64,000 nucleotides of DNA from Candidatus Poribacteria bacterium (GTDB lineage: Bacteria > Poribacteria > WGA-4E > UBA9662), in NCBI GenBank assembly GCA_036339735.1, contig JAYZAL010000001.1, forward strand, positions 42,540-106,539. The letters are read 5' to 3'. This document shows, one piece after another, positions 31,923 to 43,652 of the stretch. The notes beneath the pieces were generated by a model. That model did no database searches. It was given only the letters and a program-made list of their open reading frames with translations, and was not told where the DNA came from. Position numbers and translations under genes: made by a program. Every line of letters starts with the position of its first letter. Within the stretch, counting starts at the first letter, position 1.

Positions 31923-34900
31923 ATGCCAAAAAGAACAGATATTCAGAAGATTTTAATCATTGGTTCTGGGCCGATCATTATAGGCCAAGCGTGTGAATTT
32001 GACTACTCTGGTACTCAAGCTTGTAAAGCCTTAAGGGAAGAAGGTTACGAAATTACCTTGGTGAATAGTAATCCTGCGACTATTATGACCGACCCTGAAA
32101 TTGCCGATCAGACCTATGTAGAACCAATTTTTGCAGATACAGTGGCGAAAATAATTGAAAAAGAACGGCCTCAAGCTCTACTTCCAACCTTGGGCGGACA
32201 AACTGGACTGAATGTAGCGGTGGAATTAGCTGAAAAAGGGGTCTTAGACCAATTTCAAGTGGAACTAATCGGAGCGAAACTACCTGCCATAAGAATGGCA
32301 GAAGATCGAGAATTATTTAAGAATGCTATGCTCCAGATTGGTTTGGATGTACCAGAAAGTGGTATAGCTCGTTCCCTAGAATCCGCAATGGAGATTGTGA
32401 AGGACATAGGCTTCCCAGCGATCATTCGACCTGCATTTACTTTGGGTGGAACTGGTGGTGGTATTGCTTACAACATTGAAGAATATCGTGATATGATTCA
32501 GCAGGGTATAACACTTAGCCCTGTCAACGAAGTGTTAGTAGAAGAGTCGGTTATCGGATGGAAAGAATTTGAGCTGGAGGTGATGCGGGACAGAGTTGAT
32601 AACGTAGTTATAATCTGTTCAATCGAGAATTTTGATGCTATGGGGGTTCACACTGGGGACTCAATAACCGTTGCTCCTGCTCAAACCTTGAGTGATAAAG
32701 AATATCAGGTCATGCGAAATTCGGCTATTCAGATTATTCGGAAAATTGGTGTAGATACTGGTGGATCAAACATCCAATTTGCTGTGGATCCAGATAGTGG
32801 TCGGCAAACTGTCATTGAAATGAACCCACGTGTCTCTCGGAGTTCTGCCCTAGCATCCAAAGCAACTGGATTTCCTATTGCCAAAATCGCAGCTAAACTC
32901 GCTGTTGGTTACACGTTGGATGAAATCCCCAACGACATTACCAAAAAGACACCATCATCATTTGAGCCAACAATTGATTACGTGGTGGCAAAAATACCAC
33001 GCTGGGCGTTTGAGAAATTTCCGGGTACGGATGAAACGTTGACCACTCGTATGAAATCAGTAGGCGAAGCTATGTCTATTGGGAGAACATTCAAGGAGGC
33101 AATCCAAAAAGGATTACGTTCTTTGGAAAACGGATGGACTGGCCTAGACAATCATCTTTGGGGTAACTCATCTTTGTTTAGAAACTCGGATGAACTGATA
33201 AGTAAACTGAATATTCCTAATGTTGAGCGAATTTTTTATATTAAAAATGCCTTTCAATTTGGTATGACCATTGAGCAAATTCACAACCACACTAAGGTTG
33301 ATCCATTCTTTCTCCATAATATAAAGGAATTAGTCGATTTCGAGAATAAATTAAAATCCGAACAACCGGATTTTTCAAGTACAGGACAAATTCAAGTGTC
33401 TAATGAAATATCTTCTCTCTTGCTTCAAGCTAAGAGATTTGGATTTTCTGACCCTCAAATTGCTGAATTGTGGGAAACGGACGAAAGAGAGGTTAGGAAT
33501 GCGCGACAACTTCTGGGCATTGTCGCGACCTTTAAAACAGTTGATACCTGCGCAGCCGAATTCGAGGCAGAAACGCCCTACTACTATTCAACTTATGGAT
33601 CTGAAGACGAAGTCCGACCAAGTGAAAAAAAGAAAATTATGATCTTGGGTAGTGGACCCAACCGAATAGGTCAAGGTATTGAATTTGATTATTGTTGCGT
33701 ACATGCGGCAATGGCTATTAGAGCTGATGGTTATGAGACCATCATGGTTAACAGTAATCCCGAAACTGTTAGCACCGATTATGACACATCCGATCGACTT
33801 TATTTCGAACCATTGACATTCGAAGACGTAATGAACATTGTGGAGCGAGAAAAGATTGATGGAGCAATCGTTCAATTTGGTGGCCAAACACCGCTGAATT
33901 TGGCTATGCGGCTCAAACAAGCAGGGGTACCCATTATAGGTACGGATCCAAGTGACATTGAACGGGCTGAGGACCGCCAGTTATTCAAGTCAGTCTTAGA
34001 TCAAATAGGTGTCTCACAACCACCAAGTGACACTGCAACCTCTATAGAGACCGCTCGACCAATCGCAGAACGAATAGGTTATCCTGTTTTAGTTCGCCCA
34101 TCTTTTGTTCTCGGGGGGCGTGCCATGCAGATCGTTTACGATCGGGAGTCCCTAGACGCTTATATGAAGTTCGCCGTTCAAGTATCTAGTGACAGTGCTG
34201 AGAGTCCGCGCGAAACCATAAAACCAATCTTGATTGATAAATATTTAGAGGACGCTATAGAAGTCGACGTAGATGCCATTTCAGATGGTGAGTTAACGCT
34301 AGTTGGAGGCGTAATGGAGCATATTGAAGAAGCAGGAATACATTCAGGTGATAGTGATTGTGTTTTACCACCATATACTCTAGCCGAAGACCAAATTGAG
34401 CGCTTAAAACAGATCAGCTATGAATTAGCCAAGGGGTTAAATGTTATTGGTTTAATGAACATTCAGTTCGCTATAAAAAACGAAGAAGTTTATGTATTAG
34501 AAGTTAATCCTCGTGCTTCTCGGACAATACCCTTTGTGAGTAAATCAATCGGTATCCCTTTAGCGAAATTAGCAGCTCGTGTAATGGCAGGTAAAAAATT
34601 GTCTCAACTGGGTTTCAAAAGCGAAATTGAGCCTGAGTACTTCAGTGTCAAAGCTCCCGTTTTCCCTTTCAACCGATTCCCTGGTGCTAATTCTCAGTTG
34701 GGACCGGAAATGAAATCGACTGGTGAAGTCATGGGAATTGATCGAAATCTTGATTCGGCATTTGCAAAAGCACAAAAAGCTAGTGGTGCTATTTTACCAT
34801 TATCAGGCCAAGTTTTTATCAGCGTACGTAATAGGGACAAACGTTCGATCTTACTTATTGCTCGGAAGTTACACGAAATGGGCTTCAAGTTGGTGGCAAC

Positions 34901-35198
34901 ACATGGTACAGCAAAGGTCCTGAGACGAAGTGGCTTATCATCTGAATTGGTATATAGCATAGGTAAAGGACGACCAACTATTTACGATTTTATCAAAAAT
35001 AGTGAAATTGATATGATTATCAATACTCCAACTGGTTATGCTCACAGACCTAACGAACAACTAATCCGTCAAATGGCAATTGATCATGACATCCCAATCT
35101 TCACCACCATGCCTGGTGCTTCCGCCGCAGTGAATTCTATTTCAGTATTACGCAATCGAGATCTCGATGTAGTTCCGCTCCAAGAATACGCACGATAG
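31923..35198 (+). CDS. carB: Carbamoyl-phosphate synthase large subunit
   Basis: [35 protein letters not shown], duplicated ATP-grasp halves, MGS domain. Confidence 0.98.
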   Translation: MPKRTDIQKILIIGSGPIIIGQACEFDYSGTQACKALREEGYEITLVNSNPATIMTDPEIADQTYVEPIFADTVAKIIEKERPQALLPTLGGQTGLNVAVELAEKGVLDQFQVELIGAKLPAIRMAEDRELFKNAMLQIGLDVPESGIARSLESAMEIVKDIGFPAIIRPAFTLGGTGGGIAYNIEEYRDMIQQGITLSPVNEVLVEESVIGWKEFELEVMRDRVDNVVIICSIENFDAMGVHTGDSITVAPAQTLSDKEYQVMRNSAIQIIRKIGVDTGGSNIQFAVDPDSGRQTVIEMNPRVSRSSALASKATGFPIAKIAAKLAVGYTLDEIPNDITKKTPSSFEPTIDYVVAKIPRWAFEKFPGTDETLTTRMKSVGEAMSIGRTFKEAIQKGLRSLENGWTGLDNHLWGNSSLFRNSDELISKLNIPNVERIFYIKNAFQFGMTIEQIHNHTKVDPFFLHNIKELVDFENKLKSEQPDFSSTGQIQVSNEISSLLLQAKRFGFSDPQIAELWETDEREVRNARQLLGIVATFKTVDTCAAEFEAETPYYYSTYGSEDEVRPSEKKKIMILGSGPNRIGQGIEFDYCCVHAAMAIRADGYETIMVNSNPETVSTDYDTSDRLYFEPLTFEDVMNIVEREKIDGAIVQFGGQTPLNLAMRLKQAGVPIIGTDPSDIERAEDRQLFKSVLDQIGVSQPPSDTATSIETARPIAERIGYPVLVRPSFVLGGRAMQIVYDRESLDAYMKFAVQVSSDSAESPRETIKPILIDKYLEDAIEVDVDAISDGELTLVGGVMEHIEEAGIHSGDSDCVLPPYTLAEDQIERLKQISYELAKGLNVIGLMNIQFAIKNEEVYVLEVNPRASRTIPFVSKSIGIPLAKLAARVMAGKKLSQLGFKSEIEPEYFSVKAPVFPFNRFPGANSQLGPEMKSTGEVMGIDRNLDSAFAKAQKASGAILPLSGQVFISVRNRDKRSILLIARKLHEMGFKLVATHGTAKVLRRSGLSSELVYSIGKGRPTIYDFIKNSEIDMIINTPTGYAHRPNEQLIRQMAIDHDIPIFTTMPGASAAVNSISVLRNRDLDVVPLQEYAR

Positions 35199-35211
35199 GA
35201 AATAGCCGTCT

Positions 35212-36057
35212 ATGTCAAACGAAATCATTGAACAAAATAGCCAAATGGTTCGAAGTCTTGATTTGGTGTTTGATTATCTTTCGGTCCACCAATCATTATT
35301 GAGCCGAAATACTAATCCTGATCACCCTGTACAGAACAACCGAGACTCAGTACAAATTATGCGGTTGGATGATGAGCGTGAAGTCGCAATAATTCAACAA
35401 AACACTTTCACTATCTCGCGTATATACACAGACGGTCGACCCGATGGAAAACGACCACAGAACTATGACTCGTATTTTGATTACTTTTGTCATAGACTAG
35501 AAAAATACAAGCAAGCATACAAAACTGACCAAGGATTCACGTTAACTGACCGTGAATGGAAACAATTACTCGATGAATCCTATGACCGATATATTCGTTA
35601 TCTTCTGTTCTCGAGTATTAAGAGGTGGAAAGATGTTCAGCGAGATACTGACACTAACTTGCAAGTGTTGGATCTTGTTCGTCGATATGCTGATGAAGAT
35701 ATATCTTGGCAGACCTATCAGTATAAAGGCTATATTCTAATGATGAACAGTATTGCCAGAGCCGAACTTGCGTTGACGGATGGAGCTAGTCTTGAAGCAT
35801 TGCAAATTATTGATTATGGGATTCAACAAATAGGAAAATTCTGTGCTGAATGTTTGAGAGAAGAACAGGGAGAAGCCGAAAATATAACTCGTGAACACTA
35901 TCTTGCCAACTTGATCGAGTATCGATCTGATCTAGAGTCCATAGAAAATGACTTGAATGATGATGGGGAAAAAATCGATTCTGCGGAACAGGAGGATGAT
36001 ACGATCATTCAAGAGTTGGAAGATTTGCTCCAAGAAATGGCCGGTAACCAACGGTAA
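35212..36057 (+). CDS. Conserved hypothetical protein resembling a PVC-group family often annotated 'UvrB/UvrC motif protein'
   Basis: DGRPDGKRP, RDTDTNL, QYKGYILMMN recalled motifs; acidic tail, no clear UVR motif. Confidence 0.55.
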   Translation: MSNEIIEQNSQMVRSLDLVFDYLSVHQSLLSRNTNPDHPVQNNRDSVQIMRLDDEREVAIIQQNTFTISRIYTDGRPDGKRPQNYDSYFDYFCHRLEKYKQAYKTDQGFTLTDREWKQLLDESYDRYIRYLLFSSIKRWKDVQRDTDTNLQVLDLVRRYADEDISWQTYQYKGYILMMNSIARAELALTDGASLEALQIIDYGIQQIGKFCAECLREEQGEAENITREHYLANLIEYRSDLESIENDLNDDGEKIDSAEQEDDTIIQELEDLLQEMAGNQR

Positions 36058-36066
36058 GTTTTTGTC

Positions 36067-37212
36067 TTGGTCAGCTCGGACTTAGCTAACAATCTATCAG
36101 CTACAGTGAGTTGGTCAACAAAACAAACTGGACGTCACAAACGACATCGAGCTAGATGGTCTTTTTTTCTATCGCTACTTTTACACACTATTTTTGCTTT
36201 AGTGATATCTTTTTCGGGAATGTTGTTTCATCAGCAAAATCGTCGACAAGACTTGCTTGACCAAATTGAGGTTGATATTTATCATCTACGTTTTCATATG
36301 TCTCGGCACCGACGGAACTCTCAACTACCAAATAGAAAGAAAAACATAAAAAAAAACAAAGAGCAGATACACGTCGATCCAAAGACTAAGGTTAAAGATT
36401 TTCCTATAATAAAGAATTATCAGGTAGGAAACCCCCTCACACCGAAAGTCTCCCCCCTAAGAACCGAGACGATATTGAATAATTCAGCTGACTCCATATT
36501 TGGAGATAATTTTTCAGATGGCCAGTTAAACAAAAATCTACTGCCTTACAAACACCTATCGAGTGCTCCAGTAGGCATTCAACGCCCCAAGTTGGCCCGT
36601 GGTTTCGCACGAGCAAACGCTGAAGCTTTACCTGACCGAGTCGAAAATGCAGAGGTAATGACAAGTAACCCCGAACAAATTGAGGAAGCTATGGTAAAAA
36701 TAGCTAAAAGTGTCGTAAATCAACAGTCTAGGCGACCAACTGATATTGTATTTTTGCTCGATGCCAGTGGTAGTATGAAAGATAACATCGTCGCTGTTGG
36801 CCAACACCTGGAAGATATGGTGTCCGTTTTTGAGGAGAAAACTATTGATTTTACGATGGGCGTTGTTACGTTCAAATATCAAGCCCTAATTTTCGATCAA
36901 ACTACTGACTATAAAAGATTCGAGCGACTACTGAGAAATATCGACTGTGGTGGATTAGAACGTCCTTATCATGCTATTGTTAAGTCAGTCAATCAAGTGA
37001 AATTCAGGCCTGAAGTCAACAAACGTTTCATATTGGTAACAGATGAACCAATCCAAGACTATAATCGGGCTGAAACTGAAGATTTACCTTCCGTTCTGAG
37101 GCATTGCTTGAATAACTCGGTGGTAGTAGATGTCATTGGTCTAAATGAAAAATACAGCAAATATCTAGCCGAAAAGACGGGTGGACTTTGGTTTCTTATT
37201 CCCAATAATTGA
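36067..37212 (+). CDS. Membrane-anchored VWA-domain protein
   Basis: TM segment SLLLHTIFAL; MIDAS DIVFLLDASGSM; ILVTDEP; LAEKTGG. Confidence 0.85.
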   Translation: MVSSDLANNLSATVSWSTKQTGRHKRHRARWSFFLSLLLHTIFALVISFSGMLFHQQNRRQDLLDQIEVDIYHLRFHMSRHRRNSQLPNRKKNIKKNKEQIHVDPKTKVKDFPIIKNYQVGNPLTPKVSPLRTETILNNSADSIFGDNFSDGQLNKNLLPYKHLSSAPVGIQRPKLARGFARANAEALPDRVENAEVMTSNPEQIEEAMVKIAKSVVNQQSRRPTDIVFLLDASGSMKDNIVAVGQHLEDMVSVFEEKTIDFTMGVVTFKYQALIFDQTTDYKRFERLLRNIDCGGLERPYHAIVKSVNQVKFRPEVNKRFILVTDEPIQDYNRAETEDLPSVLRHCLNNSVVVDVIGLNEKYSKYLAEKTGGLWFLIPNN

Positions 37213-37237
37213 TTTTGGCCAATTTTTCAAAAGGCGA

Positions 37238-38752
37238 CTAGTCAATTGTTGTTAGACTTCCCCACCAATCAGCGTTTGGTTGCCAATTAGGGTCTAGGTA
37301 CTGAGCGTGCTGGGATTCCAGCTGGGGCATGAGTTCATGTTCGAGTTGCGACAGACGGTCATTTTCCTTCTCGAATCTATATTCCGGATCAGATTCTGGT
37401 AGCTTTGCCCCGGTCAATCTGAGCCAGTCATTCAAAAGTTGACTCATTTGTGCTTTTTTATCAGTGCATAAATCAGCCATGTCGTTTTGCTCACCTTGGT
37501 CAACCGAAAGGTCATATAACTCGTCTCTATCGTCCTCATAATAGTGAATCAATTTCCAATTACGACTTCGAATTACTGACGAAGGTTCTCCTCCCTGGTT
37601 GCCATAATGTGGATAATGCCAAAATAGATCACGATTCTTCAATGACGGGGAATCTTCGCCTCTTAGTAAGGGTACCAAACTTTCTCCGTCGATTACTTGC
37701 TCGGTGGGTATTGGAATATCAGCTAACTCAAGCAAAGTAGGATAAAAATCAATTCCAGATACAGGTACATCGCAGTTTGAGCCAGCTTCTACTAAGCCTG
37801 GTACTTGGATATAGTAGGGAACTCTTAGGCCACCTTCCCATTGTCTACCCTTTCCACCTCTTAGTGGCAACATAGAAGAAGCAAAAGAATCACCTGAAGA
37901 AACACCACCATTATCCGAGGTAAAACAAACAATCGTATTATCAACGACCCCAGCTTTTTGAAGTGCGTCTAAAACTAAACCAATAGCTTCATCCATAGCC
38001 TCAATCATTCCAGCATAGATGGGACAGTCTTGTACCTGACGAACTGGTAAATTACGGTCGAAAATAAAGCGGCTATCTCGAATACCTTGAGCCAAGGCTT
38101 TCTGTCGAAATTTTTCCCATCGATTTTTACTGGTTTGTATTGGGCCATGAACGGAGTAAAAAGAAAGGTAAGCTAAAAATGGTTGATTTCTATTACATGT
38201 GATGAACTCCGAAGTTTCTTGAGCCAGCCGAATGGGAAGAGACTCCCCAACTGGACCAGGCTGAAGCTTTGGGTTCTGCCAAGGTGAAAAATATCCACCT
38301 ATGGGGGACCCAACCTTCCATCCTCCTTTGTTGATTTCAAAACCAAAATTCTCTGGGTCAAAACCTTGATCACCTAGATGCCATTTCCCAGCGAAAAAGG
38401 TTCGGTAGCCTTGGCTTTTTAGGACTTGAGAAAATGTCAATTCGTTTATATCTAGGTTGTGTTTGTATTCAGGTGGTAAAAGCTTATTAAACCGATTATT
38501 TTTACGCCATTCTTTTCCACTTGAAGCTCCAATCCAATCAGTTATACCATGCCTCGTTGGATATTTACCGGTTAGGATACTTGCTCTCGACGGACTGCAC
38601 ACCTGACAAGCGGCATAACCTTGTGAAAATCTCATTCCACCTTGACTGATTCGATCACAGTTAGGACTTTCGTAAAAGTTACTACCTTCCACTTGAAGAT
38701 CTCTCCAACCAAGGTCGTCAGCTAGGATAAATAAAATATTCGGTTGTTTCAT
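37238..38752 (-). CDS. Formylglycine-dependent sulfatase (S1)
   Basis: PNILFILADDLG, CSPSRASILTG, GKWHLG, SDNGG, ELYDL. Confidence 0.94.
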   Translation of the reverse strand: MKQPNILFILADDLGWRDLQVEGSNFYESPNCDRISQGGMRFSQGYAACQVCSPSRASILTGKYPTRHGITDWIGASSGKEWRKNNRFNKLLPPEYKHNLDINELTFSQVLKSQGYRTFFAGKWHLGDQGFDPENFGFEINKGGWKVGSPIGGYFSPWQNPKLQPGPVGESLPIRLAQETSEFITCNRNQPFLAYLSFYSVHGPIQTSKNRWEKFRQKALAQGIRDSRFIFDRNLPVRQVQDCPIYAGMIEAMDEAIGLVLDALQKAGVVDNTIVCFTSDNGGVSSGDSFASSMLPLRGGKGRQWEGGLRVPYYIQVPGLVEAGSNCDVPVSGIDFYPTLLELADIPIPTEQVIDGESLVPLLRGEDSPSLKNRDLFWHYPHYGNQGGEPSSVIRSRNWKLIHYYEDDRDELYDLSVDQGEQNDMADLCTDKKAQMSQLLNDWLRLTGAKLPESDPEYRFEKENDRLSQLEHELMPQLESQHAQYLDPNWQPNADWWGSLTTID

Positions 38753-38883
38753 TTTGCTCTCCGATCCTTAGAATACACTGCTTGATTCATTCATACTGGC
38801 TTGAATTGGCAAAAATCAGATTTAAAATAACTAAACTGGGTTGTTATGTTTCCTGATAATGAAGAATATATTGAGTTTAAGGC

Positions 38884-41800
38884 TCATTTTTGAATCCATA
38901 ATTTGATACTTTCAGAACGAATCAAAAACTGGTCATCAATGATAAAGTGCGCAAAGTAAATGCCATTAGAAACTATTTCCCCTAAATGAGTTTGTAAATC
39001 CCAGTTGTACTCCCAACCATTCTTACTACGTCGAAATTCGTTAATCATGGTGACAAATCGGCCATCAATGGTATAAATCTGTACTTTAGGTGGATTTACG
39101 GTCGAACATACTAGATGTAAAGTAGATTGTTGAAGTGGATTTGGATATGCCGAAATCTTCCCATTGTAAGAATATTGACTAAAATTGGGTGCAGTTGGCA
39201 GCGTGATAGCCACAGAGCGGCTATCAATCTTGGTACCACTTTCACTATCTCCTTCGAAGACATCGACTTGTAGCCGACTAATCGGCTCTACATTAGTACC
39301 TTGGTTAATTGAGTAAGATAAAGTCCAGATTTGCTTTCTTTCTGAATCAACAGCACTAATAACCTGCGGTTCCTCATTTACAACGATAGTCGGATCAAAT
39401 TCTAGTACACCTTCTGTAATTGCAATCGTGATGGTATAAAACTGACTTTGTAGTGGATTGGGCAAAGCATAGATATTACACTTGACCTTCTTTTTTGGTG
39501 CCGGCAAAATTTGTACTGTCAGGGTGCGAAAGGCTTTGTTTCCGTCTGGATCAGATACAATTACTAAAATTGTACTCTTAGTGGGTAAAACTGATGATTC
39601 GGTTTTCGGCAAAGATAAAATTAGACTATCGTTTTTGATTTCCGCTAAGATATTCTGATCAGGGATAGTGATCCAACTGAGGTTTTGATCATTAGTATCT
39701 ATATCATCAACATATGAATTTAGTTCATCAATAGTATCTTTGGGTTTGACATTGGATTGAAGGGTGACCGTTGGAAATGGTCTCACAAATCGTGGTGGCT
39801 TCGGTGTTGGTAGATTTGCCAACACCTGAATTTCGATTTTACCTATTAGAGACTGTCCACTGGGTTCTGTCTCTGTAACTTGCAAGGTTATTTCGTCATT
39901 GGTAGCTCCATTGATTGGGTCATAGTTTCCTAACTCAACAGTCAATTCTGAAGAATCGCCTGCTAACCTAGCACCGATGGTTGTTGGCATTTGGGAAATG
40001 CTCCAAGCAAGTTGTTTTTGATCAAATCGTGAAGTTACAAAACTATTCAAATCAATAATTTCTTCAGGTTGATCAATGCTTAAGGTGATTGTTTTAGGTA
40101 AATTCAAAGCCAAAGGAATTATTTTCTGTTTTATATTCACCTGAATTTCTGCTTTTTGGCTTGATTGTTGAAAATTATCGACCAGCCGAAAACTGAAAGT
40201 GCCGGAACCAACCTGATTCCCAGTTAGAGTAAGTTGACCTTCCTCGAAAGTTGGTATCACGAGTTGATTTTCTTCATTGTATTTAAATTCAACTTGGGCA
40301 TTTGGTGGATCAATCTCTAATACGATAGGTTTGCTGGTTTCTCCTTTCGTGAGTTCAATGGCTTCAAAGGTATTGTTGATCCTCGGTTTGGGTGGTTTTT
40401 CTACTTTTTCCTTGACCGTTACCGTAATTTTTTTTTCTACTGGAGCTATATCCCCAATTTGGGCAATTACTAGAAGGTTAACGGTACCTACAAAGTCAGT
40501 ATTTTTGGCTGAAAAAATTGCTTCTCCTGTTTTAAGAAAATCCACCTGAATTTCTTTATTCGGTACTATGTCCCATTCAATATCCGACTTAGGGTAATTT
40601 TGGCCAACAACAAATTGATTCAGATCGTAGGGATCTGATGTGTTTTCCTGTTCAAATTCGACTGCAGTTAAGTCTTTAATTTTCAGAGGAGGTATAGGTT
40701 GTTTGACTGTCACTGTTACTTTTTGCTGGCTGGTTTTCCCATCTAAGTCAGTTGCTTTAAAAATTAGAAATGTCTCACCATCGTTCCAAGTAGCCTTATT
40801 GATCAAGTCGACAGTTGAGTTATCTAATTCTACTATAATATTTTCATTATTATCAAAGGACCAAATAATCTGATCGACAGGTTCATCATCTGTTACATAC
40901 TCAATCAGATCAATGGTTTGGGTTTGCCCATCTATCAAAGAAATTGGTGGGATGTTCAAAGTTGGGGGTTTTTGTGTTTTCAGAACCAACACGTTAATTG
41001 AACCACTTCCAATATTTCCTTCTGGGTCAACGGCCTTAAAGTCAAGCTGATAATCACCAACAGGTGTGTTTCCTGAGCTTAGCTCAACAGTATGAGTATT
41101 TGGATTGATATTGGCCACCAATTGCACTTTTGAGTTGTTTTGCCTAACTTGGCTGCTCCATTCAATGTCTTCTGACTCTGTATCAGCATCAATGACATAA
41201 TTATCCAGATCAAGGTTGTTAACTATTTTTTTCTGACCTTGGTAGATAGCGAAGGTTGGGAATTCTTCTAGGCTGACTGTTGGTGGGAACATCGGTTGAA
41301 CAGTAACCTCGGTCGTACTTGTCAATTTAGCTTTGTTGGTAGCCGAAAAAATAACTGTTTCACTACCCGATTTCCAATTAGGTAACGCTATCAGCGTAAC
41401 AGACCTATCAGCCTCTATTTGTACTGCTAGTTTACTCCTATCATAGCCAGTGACCTGCCATACAATTAGTTCATCTGAGGTAGTTGGGTCTGTTACAAAG
41501 TCATCCAATTGCAGAATACTAGCAGTCTTTTCATTAGACTTGATACGAAGTTTTAAGGGGAAACCAGCTAAAAGGGGTTTTTCAGGAGATTTCACAGTAA
41601 TGATCACATCTTGTGTATCTTGTAGACCATTAGGATCAACGGCGAAAAACCGAACGGTTTCGGTTACTACTGATTCAGATTGTAAAGAAGCAAACCGTTC
41701 CTCGTCGATCTCAATTGTAATAAATTGTTGTCCTTCTACTACCCAATCAATCTGCTCAGGGTCGCTATCCAAATCGAAAATATGTTTATTTAAGTCTAAT

Positions 41801-43353
41801 ATCTTTTCTTTACCGAAATCGAGTTCAATTAACGGAATAGTTATGATTGATGGGGGAGCACTTTTTTCAATCAACTGTACTTGAGCTTCTCTTTGATCGG
41901 AGATCCCATTTGGGTTAATAACTTTAAAAGTAATAGTCTCCCTTCCAATCCAATTACGTAGATTTTCGAAGGATACATCTCGTGTTTCAGGATCAATGTT
42001 AACCGCAATATTTTCATTGCCAGAAGTCTCCCATTCCAATTCCGAGTTTTCAAAGTCGAAATCCCCAACTAGTTCATTTAGATTGAACCGAGAAGGATCC
42101 ATTCTTGAGCCATCGTTCGTAGAAACTACTTCTTGGGGAAATAGTGGATCTATCACAGGGCCATCAAATTCAGGAATAAAGAGAACCTTCAGTGTTTGTT
42201 GATCGGCGTTATCATCGGCATCGCTAACGGTAATTGGAATATCAAAAGTACCCAATCTAGTGCTTTCAACTTTTAAGTAACTACCAATCAAATTAACGAA
42301 GAGATTATCGGGGTCCGGATTTGTACCTACACTCCAATTTAAATCAGCTAAACCCGGATTGTCGAGGTCCTCCACCAAGCCGTTTAGGTTGAAATTTTTC
42401 CCACTATTGACCCGAATACGCTCCCCTTTATTCGGTATTTTTTCTGAAAAAAGTAATCGAGGAGGAGTAGTCACTTGAACATCAATATCATTAAATGCGG
42501 GATTACCTTCGGGATCAATGACTGTAAATCGAACTTTTTCTTGGCCGAACCAGTCTTTATTTGGTTTGAAGGATACTCGGCGGAAGTTTGGATCAATTTT
42601 AACGTCGATGCTCTGATAGTTAGAAGCCGTCCACTTGATTGATCGTTTCATTTCTTTCGGTGTTAGTTTTGGGTTATTAAATATAAGATAGTTATCCAAT
42701 ACCAGATCGGTATATTCGGTATTCATTGGAAATTTTATGCTTTGTGGGAACGAATCTTTAAAATCGACAGTTCCTCTCACCGTGATGGTAGCGGTTTCCA
42801 AATCGGAAAAATTACGACGAGGAAGTTGGTCTACAATCACACCTGTGATTCGACTAACACGCTCAATGAAATCGAATCGGATGGCAGTATCTTTGACAGG
42901 CTGCAAAGTTTTGAATTTTATCAGACCAACCACACTAGGCTCCTTTAAAACAGAAACATCATCACCAATAGCCATCAAGGCTGCTGCATAGTCAATCTGG
43001 AAGTTACGCAAAATATTCCCTGGGTCTCCGTGTGTGTCGTTATCCAGTGGCTGCCAACCAGTTGGGTAACCAGGTCCATTCTTAACCGGCTGTAGTCCCG
43101 TCAGTTTATCGGTAGCATCAAGGAGCTTTAAGTATTGATCGTCAAAAGAAAGGTAGATCTGAAAACCAGTGACCCGACTACCCTGTGGATCAATATATAC
43201 TTGAAGGTTGAATTCTTTTCCGCTACCTACGGAAAAGTTATTACGCTCAGTTTCTGCATCTCGTAGAGAAATTAAAACAGCTTTCGCATCCTTAATACAA
43301 AGAAAAACTAGCAAGAACAGAATGAAAATAAAATTAAAATACAGCTGCCGCAT
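38884..43353 (-). CDS. Large secreted protein: cohesin-like N-domain, tandem ~95-aa Ig/cadherin-like repeats, YPNP-type C-terminal sorting/FlgD-like domain
   Basis: Signal peptide; repeated 'LDL..YV.D.D....I.W...F.A.D..G' units; ISAYPNP...IYTIDGR...WD...G..VSNGIYF tail. Confidence 0.78.
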   Translation of the reverse strand: MRQLYFNFIFILFLLVFLCIKDAKAVLISLRDAETERNNFSVGSGKEFNLQVYIDPQGSRVTGFQIYLSFDDQYLKLLDATDKLTGLQPVKNGPGYPTGWQPLDNDTHGDPGNILRNFQIDYAAALMAIGDDVSVLKEPSVVGLIKFKTLQPVKDTAIRFDFIERVSRITGVIVDQLPRRNFSDLETATITVRGTVDFKDSFPQSIKFPMNTEYTDLVLDNYLIFNNPKLTPKEMKRSIKWTASNYQSIDVKIDPNFRRVSFKPNKDWFGQEKVRFTVIDPEGNPAFNDIDVQVTTPPRLLFSEKIPNKGERIRVNSGKNFNLNGLVEDLDNPGLADLNWSVGTNPDPDNLFVNLIGSYLKVESTRLGTFDIPITVSDADDNADQQTLKVLFIPEFDGPVIDPLFPQEVVSTNDGSRMDPSRFNLNELVGDFDFENSELEWETSGNENIAVNIDPETRDVSFENLRNWIGRETITFKVINPNGISDQREAQVQLIEKSAPPSIITIPLIELDFGKEKILDLNKHIFDLDSDPEQIDWVVEGQQFITIEIDEERFASLQSESVVTETVRFFAVDPNGLQDTQDVIITVKSPEKPLLAGFPLKLRIKSNEKTASILQLDDFVTDPTTSDELIVWQVTGYDRSKLAVQIEADRSVTLIALPNWKSGSETVIFSATNKAKLTSTTEVTVQPMFPPTVSLEEFPTFAIYQGQKKIVNNLDLDNYVIDADTESEDIEWSSQVRQNNSKVQLVANINPNTHTVELSSGNTPVGDYQLDFKAVDPEGNIGSGSINVLVLKTQKPPTLNIPPISLIDGQTQTIDLIEYVTDDEPVDQIIWSFDNNENIIVELDNSTVDLINKATWNDGETFLIFKATDLDGKTSQQKVTVTVKQPIPPLKIKDLTAVEFEQENTSDPYDLNQFVVGQNYPKSDIEWDIVPNKEIQVDFLKTGEAIFSAKNTDFVGTVNLLVIAQIGDIAPVEKKITVTVKEKVEKPPKPRINNTFEAIELTKGETSKPIVLEIDPPNAQVEFKYNEENQLVIPTFEEGQLTLTGNQVGSGTFSFRLVDNFQQSSQKAEIQVNIKQKIIPLALNLPKTITLSIDQPEEIIDLNSFVTSRFDQKQLAWSISQMPTTIGARLAGDSSELTVELGNYDPINGATNDEITLQVTETEPSGQSLIGKIEIQVLANLPTPKPPRFVRPFPTVTLQSNVKPKDTIDELNSYVDDIDTNDQNLSWITIPDQNILAEIKNDSLILSLPKTESSVLPTKSTILVIVSDPDGNKAFRTLTVQILPAPKKKVKCNIYALPNPLQSQFYTITIAITEGVLEFDPTIVVNEEPQVISAVDSERKQIWTLSYSINQGTNVEPISRLQVDVFEGDSESGTKIDSRSVAITLPTAPNFSQYSYNGKISAYPNPLQQSTLHLVCSTVNPPKVQIYTIDGRFVTMINEFRRSKNGWEYNWDLQTHLGEIVSNGIYFAHFIIDDQFLIRSESIKLWIQK

Positions 43354-43652
43354 ATTTATACAATCGTCTCACGATACGTGTAGCACGAAATATACCATCT
43401 ATTTACAAACGATATTTACTCCGTTAAACTATCTGCATAAAATACAAAAAGATTATTAGAGAGTTCATTGATCATTTACTATTTTAGTCAAGCATATGGA
43501 ACGTCATACCAGTATTCTTTATATAGGATACAATGGTAGTAATTAATTTTTGGGCCTTTTGATCAACATTGTTGCTTAGTCCGATCAGTGTTATAATGCT
43601 GCGCTAGCCAACAGACTCTCAACCGAAATCAAATCACAAAACTGAACCTTCA

